In this document: positions 57,260-64,000 of the stretch, one piece after another
Layout of the letters: every line of letters starts with the position of its first letter
Numbering within the stretch: position 1 is the first letter of the stretch
NCBI GenBank assembly: GCA_965644315.1
Contig: CBFFRQ010000092.1
Location: forward strand, 1-64,000
Source: Caecitellus pseudoparvulus
Taxonomy: Eukaryota; Protista; Bigyra: Bicosoecida
Reading direction: 5' to 3'
Length of the DNA: 64,000 nt
Made by a program: the position numbers and the translations under genes
Notes under the pieces: generated by a model
Database searches by the model: none
Seen by the model: only the letters and a program-made list of their open reading frames with translations
What the model was told of the DNA's origin: nothing

Positions 57260-57469
57260 CTTCAGGTCTCAAGCACGGACAAATGTATCATGTGTTAGTA
57301 CCTCACACCCACCCGGGGCCAGCTTGCAACTCCCCATCAATCAACACACACACGACACAGCACTTCCCCTCACCACCATCTCCACACATCCCCCGCTCCA
57401 ACACCTGCATTGCGCACCCCTCCATACACCAACGCCTTCCATCCCCCCTTGCACGCCTCCTGCCCTTCC

Positions 57470-58463
57470 CACCACCGCCCCGCAGCACCTTCAGCTTGTC
57501 CATGCGTTTCGCCACGTGGCGCTTCTTCGCCTGTGCCTTCCGGCTCCGACACCCTGCAGCTGCTGCCTGGCTCACCACAGCCTCCCGCGCCACCTGCTTC
57601 GCCCGCCGCTCTTTCGCTACCGCCCTGGCCCGCCGCTCGCCGTTGTACGCCGTCAGGAACACATCTGCACCCACGGCACCCTGCACCGCCTCCATGACCT
57701 CCGACGCCAAGCCACCTGCCTCCACTCCAGCGGCCGCCTGCTGTGCTTGCTCTGACCAGGATGGCGCGTCGGCCAGGCGGGGGTCGCTGGCCACGTGCTC
57801 TGCCGCCTGCACAGTGCGGAATACTGCCCGCGCCATCGGCACCACGTAGCACTGCAGGTCTGCCTGTGGCAAGTGCCCAGCCATAGCCCCGAACACGTTC
57901 AGCGCCGTGGTGGCCGCTGGCCCGCCCTTGTGCACTGCCGTGTTGCTGAGGCGCTGCAGCAGCCAGAACAGCGGGTCACGCGCACTGCCGTCGTCATCTT
58001 GAGCGGTGTGTGTGGAGGGCGGGCTGTCCCGCTGCACCGCCTTGCCGCCCACCACCTCCACAGCACCCACCAGCAGGGTGCACTTGCCCGCCAAGCGAGC
58101 AGTGCGCTGGGCGAGGTGGGGCGGGATGGTGTTGCGGGAGCTGGGCGGCGTCGTGGCGTACAGCCCCACCGCCGTGAACAGCAGCACCCGCGCCAGAGCC
58201 GTGCCCTGCTCCCTGCCCAGCATCCCGTCCGCCAGCTGCACACAGGCTGCCCGGGCCAGGGCGAACAGGCGCTCATCCCCAGCCAGCCACGCCGCCACGC
58301 CAAGTGACGGGTGGTAACCCCCACGCTCGCCACTGCCACGGTGTTCAGGACGGCGCCCAACTACCTGGCTGCTGCAGCGCGCACCCACGCGTGGGGGAAC
58401 ACCATAAAGTTGGTTAGGACATCCAGAGACGTCCACAGCGCACTGTGCAGCTTGGTGGCAGTG
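57470..58463 (-). pseudogene. UTP20: Decayed 3' fragment of UTP20, second copy
   Basis: FPHAWVRAAAAR-stop-LGAVL (TAG at 58363-58361), frameshift near 58320, then PLFWLLQRLS..LASEVMEAVQGAVGADVFLTAY. Confidence 0.7.
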
Positions 58464-58640
58464 CCAGAGCTGAATTCCACTCAAGCCAGACACCCCTTGA
58501 ATCAGAGCCGGGAACGTTTGAGATACCTGCACACAATGCAGCTGAAACCCAGCTTTGCGTGCTTGGTCATGGTGTTCCTTTGCAAGCAGCGCTCACTCGG
58601 CCACTGCCTGAAAGAAGGCTGTCAAAGAATAATAGGCGTC

Positions 58641-59465
58641 ATGGCATCAGAAGCACAGGCGCCAGCCGCTATCGTGCCAGAGGTGGACGTGGAGGAGCAC
58701 CAAGTGCAGGAGCACGGGGATGGAACTGAAGGTGGCGATGATTCAGACTTCTACTGTCGGTACTAGTGCGTGCTGCCCACTGTGCGGCGTGGGGGCACCG
58801 GTTTCATGCACGGTGTGGTGCGTCCAAGTTCCGCAGTGTGGGGCACAAGGGCAAGTTCGGGCACGAGTTCATGGAGTTCGAATTCAAGGGCGACGGCACC
58901 ATGCGCTACGCCAACAACTCCGGCTACAGGGGCTCGGGCATCATCCGCAAGAAGGGTGTGTGAGGCCGCGTCGCGTTGGGAGGCAACTGGCTCGGCACCC
59001 TCCTCAACTCAATCCGCTGCGCAGTGGTGGTGTCGCCTGCAATCATCAAGGAGGTGCAGAAGATCGTGCGGGAGAGCAAAATTGTAGAGTGTGTCTTTCT
59101 CGCGCATGCATGGTGCCGGGTCAAGTGCGTGCATGAGCGTGCATTCTGCATTGCCGCAGGGAAGACGACGAGCAGTGGCCTGAGCCAGATGACATCGGGC
59201 GGCAAGAGCTGGAGGTGAAGGACGGCGAGGACCACATCGCCTTTACGGTGGGTTCACGCTCTGCAGCTGGAATTGGCCGCACGTTCCTGTGCATGACACC
59301 AACACCCACCGTTCGCAGTGCACCAAGCTCGGCTCCACACGGGACATCCGTGACTCCAAGGACCCCAAGGGATTGGAGGCGCTGTATTTCCTGGTGCAGG
59401 ACCTGAAGTGCCTGGCCTTGTCGCTCATCTCCCTGCACTTCAAGGTGAACCCTATCCCCAACTGA
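58641..59465 (+). CDS. MAGO: Mago nashi (exon junction complex)
   Basis: Five exons splice to [89 protein letters not shown]. Confidence 0.95.
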
Positions 59466-59857
59466 GCACACTCTCAACGCTTTCACGAAATGCAGCTTGA
59501 TCCCACACCCCAGCGCACGCCACATGCGACATCCACTGCTCATGGCGGTACCACGAGGCCTTGCGAGTACCTGCCTCCTTCCCCCCCTTGCCAGGGGCAG
59601 TCCCTGTCCCAGCGTTTCATGCGCTTGCACGGCTGCTGGTTGCCGGTGTAACGGCTGCGGACATGAGACGCACCCCCCCCCACCCGCTGAGGGAGCAGTG
59701 CCGACACCCAACAAATCCCACTCCCATGAAGGCGATGTGGTTATGTGTACCACGCCCTGCTCCTGCACATCGCTGCCGTTTGCTGGCGGCGCACTGAACC
59801 GCACCAGCCTTTGAGTGATTGCGCTTGTTGCATTGGTCACCACGGCCAGCAGGAGAC

Positions 59858-61512
59858 ATGGCTTGGCGGGCTGCCAGCGAGGCGATCAGGGCCCTGGCCA
59901 TTACAGGCTCCCTGGCTGGGGTCGGGGCTGGTTTGAGCCTTGGCGTGCGCGCTGAGGGCCAGGATTCTGAACTGGCCTCGCCACGCCGAGTGCCAGACAC
60001 AGACTGGCTGCACGCGAACCGGGCCACGATGTGGACCATTCGCCAGGACTCTGGACAGCTTGACACAACTAGCAATGACAACCTCATGGTGTTTTCTGGA
60101 AACGGCAATCCAGAGCTGGCCGAGGAAATCGGTGCGTGAGGGAGTGCAGCAGCAACTTCCGCAGGCGCGGAGCTTCTTTACCCTGCTGCCTTGCCTTGCC
60201 GCGCCAGTGACTTGGATGAACCGGGAGCTGAATGGATGTCAAGTGGGCCGATTTCGAGACGGGGAGGTGTCTGTGCGCGTCCTGGACAACGTCCGTGGCC
60301 AGGACGTGTACATTATCCAGGTGCGGAGGCAGCTGCACTGCCCGAGGCACAGCGGTCGCAAAGTGCCTTGGCCCTCGCGCCCCTGCACAGTCCACTGGCC
60401 CGCCCGTGTCTGAGAACATCATGGAGCTCCTGTTCATGATCACAACGATGAAGCGCGCCAGTGCAGGTCGGGTTGTCGTGGTCATGCCCTACGTCCGTTT
60501 TGCAGGCGCTGCAGCCGTTTTGAGTGGTGCAAGCCCCCCGCACCGTCCTCCCCGCGTCCTCACGCAGATGGCGTACAAGCGCAGCACAGGCATGGCCCTG
60601 TCCTCCTCCATCTCCTCCCACATGTCAGAGTACTTGGACCACTCCTCCAACATGCCTCTGTTCGCAGCTGACGTCGCACACATGATTGTGGCGGCAGGGG
60701 CGGACCACGTCATCAGCCTGGACATCACGCCGCCAGGCATGGGGCAGGTGGAGGGCTTCTACCCCGCCTGCGACAACATCCGCAGCACGGGGCTGGCTGT
60801 GGAGTACTTGGCTCGGCAGCGCCTCTCGCGACCTGTCATCGTGGCTGCCAATGAAGCCATGTCCCCACTGGCCCGTGACGTGGCACAGGGCATGGTGGCG
60901 GCCGGGTGTGATCCCAAGGACGTGGACGTGGCCATGGTGCTGGCAGGCAGGAGCAGCAGCTCTGCCGCTGACACAGCTGCACGCAAGCGTGCCTGGTCTG
61001 ACGTCACGTCGGCTGAGGACCCCCTCGCGGCTGTGGCGGCGGAGCGGGGGCACCCACGGGAGGTGGTGGAGCTTGTGGGGGACGTCGCTGGGCGGGATGT
61101 GGTGGTGGTGGACGACATGGTGGACACGGGGAGGACCCTGGCTGCGCGCGTGGCGTGTTTGAAGGCGAGCGGGGCCCAGCGAGTGCTGTGCTTCGCGGCC
61201 CACGGGCTGTTCTCGCGCGGGGCTCTGTACCGAATTGAGGCGAGTGAGGTGGAGAAGGTGATCGTGTCGGACTCCCTGCCCAGGCGCAAGGGCGAGGGTG
61301 ACATCACACGCAAGGTCGTGCGCCTGTCCATGGCGCCAGTGCTGGCTGAGGCCATTGTGCGCCTGCACCGCCACGACTCGCTCTTCGCCCTGTCAGCCTA
61401 CGACAGCGACAACACAGAGGAGCGGTACAGGGGGCAGGAGAAAGAGGTGGATGAGGACAGTGAGGAGGTGGATGAGGGCAGTGCCCTTGCTGCCACTGCT
61501 GCAGACAGGTGA
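59858..61512 (+). CDS. Divergent PRPP synthetase paralogue, probably non-catalytic
   Basis: VFSGNGNPELAEEI, FRDGEVSV, VRGQDVYIIQ, MELL..KRASA, VDDMVDTGRT, HGLFS; several active-site motifs altered; three introns. Confidence 0.85.
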
Positions 61513-61772
61513 CTGGGGCTTTTTTGGGTGGGGTTCCAGCTGGTCGCATCGTTTGGCCCAGCAGATACCGGGTCAGCAAATTCATCAAAGCATCTTAGGC
61601 ACATGATTTTGGTGGTTGTTCGTGATACGCGTCTGTTGGCGGGTGCTAGCTTCAGCCCTGCTCACGCTCTGGGTGCAGGGAGGCGGGCACCAGCCTCGGT
61701 GTTTGAATCGATTTCCGCAGTTGCTGAGGTTGGCCGGGCGGGCTCCAGACACAGGCGCGCTTGACGGCCATC

Positions 61773-63221
61773 ATGAATGTCAGCCGGCGCAGCTTTGCTT
61801 CGCAACCACCGCCTGCTTCGAAGGAAGTGACCGAGGCGGTGAAGCTGTGCGTGGACTGCGATGGCGAATGGCCTTCGTGCCGCATCTCAACCCTCAGCGC
61901 TCCCTCTGTACACAGATGGGCCCACTTCCAGCTCCGCGGCGTCCTTCCTGCCGAGGAAGCAGGCGTAGAATTGGCAGATGAAGTGGCTGCTGTCCAGGGT
62001 GTTGAGGCAGAGGAGGAGGAGGATGTGCAGCTGGAGGATGCCTGCGGCGGCAGTCAGCGAGACGGCGATAGCGCGAGTGAGGGCGGCGCCAGCGAGGCAG
62101 GCTCGGAGACGGGGGACTCCTCAGACGGCGAGGACGTAGACCCTGCTGCAGTGCAGGCCCTGGAGGCAGACATGGCGGCCCTGGCGGCCTTGGCAGACAC
62201 AGTCGCTACCCGCCTGGACACCTACCGTACCGGCAAGCGCGACCTGCTGCAGCTACTGACGAACTTGTCTAAAGACGGCTCGGCCCGGGCAGAGCAAGAG
62301 GCTGCAGCTGCCCTGGCCACCCCCACGCGCGCGACTCGTGAGAGCTCGGGCACCTCCTCTGGTCCCGCCGTCTCTGCAGCCCTGCCCACCAGCACACCGG
62401 CGCCGGCGCCAGCCGCACCTTCCGCCACCACTCCCTCCACCACCTCCACCGCCGTGACCGAAGGCCGGAAATCCGCTGCCGCAGCTGCAGCTGCCGTGGC
62501 GGCTCGCCTGGGTGCCAAGCTGCCGCCTCCCTCGGCACTTGGCTCGGGCAATGCGGCCCAGGACCAAGAGCTACCTGCCTCGCTGCCTGGAGACCTCCCT
62601 GCCATCCCCATGCGGCGATCTGTGTCAGACCCAGGCGCCAGGCGCCCGTCCCAAAACCGTCCTCTGCACATGGGCCCAGGTCGAGGCCCAGGTCCGCGTA
62701 TGGGGCCAGGATCAGGTCCGGGTTTGGGGCCAGGATCAGGTCCGGGTATGGGGCCAGGACCAGGACGAGGCCCGGGTCCGAACATGGGACGAGGCCCGGG
62801 TCCAAGTCCGGATCGGGGTCCGGGTTCGGATTGGGGTCCAGATCGGGGTCCGGGTCCAGATCGGGGTCCAGGGCCAGATCAGGGCCCAGGTCGTGGCATG
62901 GGCGGCGGACCAGGGTGGATGAGGCAGGATGGCCCTCCGCGGGGAGGGGGGTTCCCACCCCAGCGGTGGGGGGACGAAGGTGGACCGTTCCGGGGAGAGG
63001 GGTGGTCGCACCCGTCCCCTGGGCGGGGTCCGCGGGGGCCGCGAGGTGGGCCCTGGCGTGAGCACCAGGAAGGGGGGCGCTGGGGCGACATGCGGGGGGG
63101 GTGGGGTCCAGGGCCGGACTTCCCACCTCGTGGTGGGGGGTTCCACGGTGGACCCAGGGGGGGGCACGGGCGGCACGGCGGACGTGGTCGTGGACGCGGG
63201 CGGGGTCGAGGGGGGTATTGA
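61773..63221 (+). CDS. Hypothetical low-complexity protein (acidic, Gly-Pro repeats, RGG tail)
   Basis: Long ORF; GPGP/DRGPGP repeats around 62670-62910 and RGRGRGGY end; exon structure unknown. Confidence 0.55.
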   Translation: MNVSRRSFASQPPPASKEVTEAVKLCVDCDGEWPSCRISTLSAPSVHRWAHFQLRGVLPAEEAGVELADEVAAVQGVEAEEEEDVQLEDACGGSQRDGDSASEGGASEAGSETGDSSDGEDVDPAAVQALEADMAALAALADTVATRLDTYRTGKRDLLQLLTNLSKDGSARAEQEAAAALATPTRATRESSGTSSGPAVSAALPTSTPAPAPAAPSATTPSTTSTAVTEGRKSAAAAAAAVAARLGAKLPPPSALGSGNAAQDQELPASLPGDLPAIPMRRSVSDPGARRPSQNRPLHMGPGRGPGPRMGPGSGPGLGPGSGPGMGPGPGRGPGPNMGRGPGPSPDRGPGSDWGPDRGPGPDRGPGPDQGPGRGMGGGPGWMRQDGPPRGGGFPPQRWGDEGGPFRGEGWSHPSPGRGPRGPRGGPWREHQEGGRWGDMRGGWGPGPDFPPRGGGFHGGPRGGHGRHGGRGRGRGRGRGGY

Positions 63222-63277
63222 GCAGCCGCTGCAGGGGGGTGTGGGGCTATGGGGCTGTGCATTCGACTGCCGGCGCT

Positions 63278-64000
63278 TCATCGCTCCTCGTCGCGCAGCT
63301 TGAAGAGGGCGGAGATGCTCTTGTTGTCGTGCACGCACTCCATGGCGTCTGCCAGCAGCTGCGCCACTGAGATGTGCACCACCTTGGGGTTGCCGCTGTG
63401 AGGGGGGTGTGGGGGGTGTGGGGGGTGTGGCGTGTGCACAGAGTGGAGCTGGTGGTTCGTGCTGACGTACGCGATCTTGGCGTTGGCAGGCACTGTGTTC
63501 AGCACCACCACCTCCTCCAGGCAGCTCTTCTCGATGTTGGCCGAGGCGTTGCCGGAGAACAGCCCGTGGCTGGCCAGAGCGTACACTCGCCTGTGGGGGG
63601 GGGGTGACAGGCATGTGCCGAGCGGGGGCAGAATGCAAGCACAGGCGGCACCACACGCACTTTGCCCCACGGCGCTTCAGCTCGGCGGCTGCCTTGCACA
63701 GTGTGCCTGCAGTGTCGCTGTGCAGGGGGTGCGGCGGTGGCGGTGTGTCTCGTGCCCTGCACGGCGCAGCGCTGTTGGGCGTCGCGGGCTCACATCATGT
63801 CGTCGACGATGATGACGTCACAGCCGTCGACGGAGCCGACGAGGTCCATGGTGGCGATCTTGTTGGCGCCGGAGCGCTGCTTGATGATCATGGCCAGACC
63901 CGGCTCCTCGTCGGTGGGGGACACCTCCTTGAAGCGCTCACGGAACTGCTTGCAACGGTACACGCCGCCAGCGTCGGGGGACACGACGACGACGTTCTGC
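63278..64000 (-). CDS. PRS: Ribose-phosphate pyrophosphokinase (class I), 3' part
   Basis: VVVSPDAGGVYR, AMIIKQR, IIVDDMI-DTAGTL, ASHGLFSG, SISALF; three introns; 5' end outside the window. Confidence 0.92.

Larger units (their letters stand above)
54428..58463. repeat. Right copy of the approximately 4.1 kb inverted segmental duplication
   Basis: Reverse complement is colinear with 17370-21490. Confidence 0.9.

Noticed and set aside
17370-58463. Giant transposon or Polinton/virophage with terminal inverted repeats
   Set aside because: The copies are clearly diverged, the left UTP20 remnant extends about 600 bp beyond the shared part, no TSD, transposase, integrase or capsid gene is seen, and the interior is ordinary intron-containing housekeeping genes
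4575-59340. Non-canonical introns or alternative genetic code
   Set aside because: Every frame break I reconstructed in conserved genes resolves with GT-AG introns and the standard code

Overview
Gene-dense, GC-rich eukaryotic nuclear DNA with short (about 60-120 nt) canonical GT-AG introns. RJL, CCDC77, LEKR1, TOG and XRP2/TBCC-like genes point to a flagellated protist, plausibly a heterotrophic stramenopile (inference only). About 30 genes can be reconstructed, including USP5, an RluA pseudouridine synthase, an MFS transporter, DDX23/PRP28, RNase H1, AAMP/SQT1, RJL, PP2C, a Zn2Cys6 factor, a CsgA-like SDR, HIS6, a Ygr210 GTPase, an Ariadne E3, a WKF protein, CSN5, MnmE, mago nashi and two PRPP synthetases. 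The main unexplained structure is a five-member ankyrin-like gene family. Two members lie in an approximately 4.1 kb cassette (promoter + ankyrin gene + decayed convergent UTP20 3' fragment) present twice in inverted orientation (17370-21490 and 54428-58463) around about 33 kb of housekeeping genes. Their 114-bp repeats have a homogenised scaffold and vary mostly at the ankyrin binding-surface positions randomised in DARPin libraries, behind an unrecognised, strongly G/T-skewed N-terminal region: a candidate diversifying receptor family. A probably non-catalytic PRPSAP-like PRPP synthetase paralogue lies near a canonical one. Gene spans include introns and were derived by eye; no searches were run.
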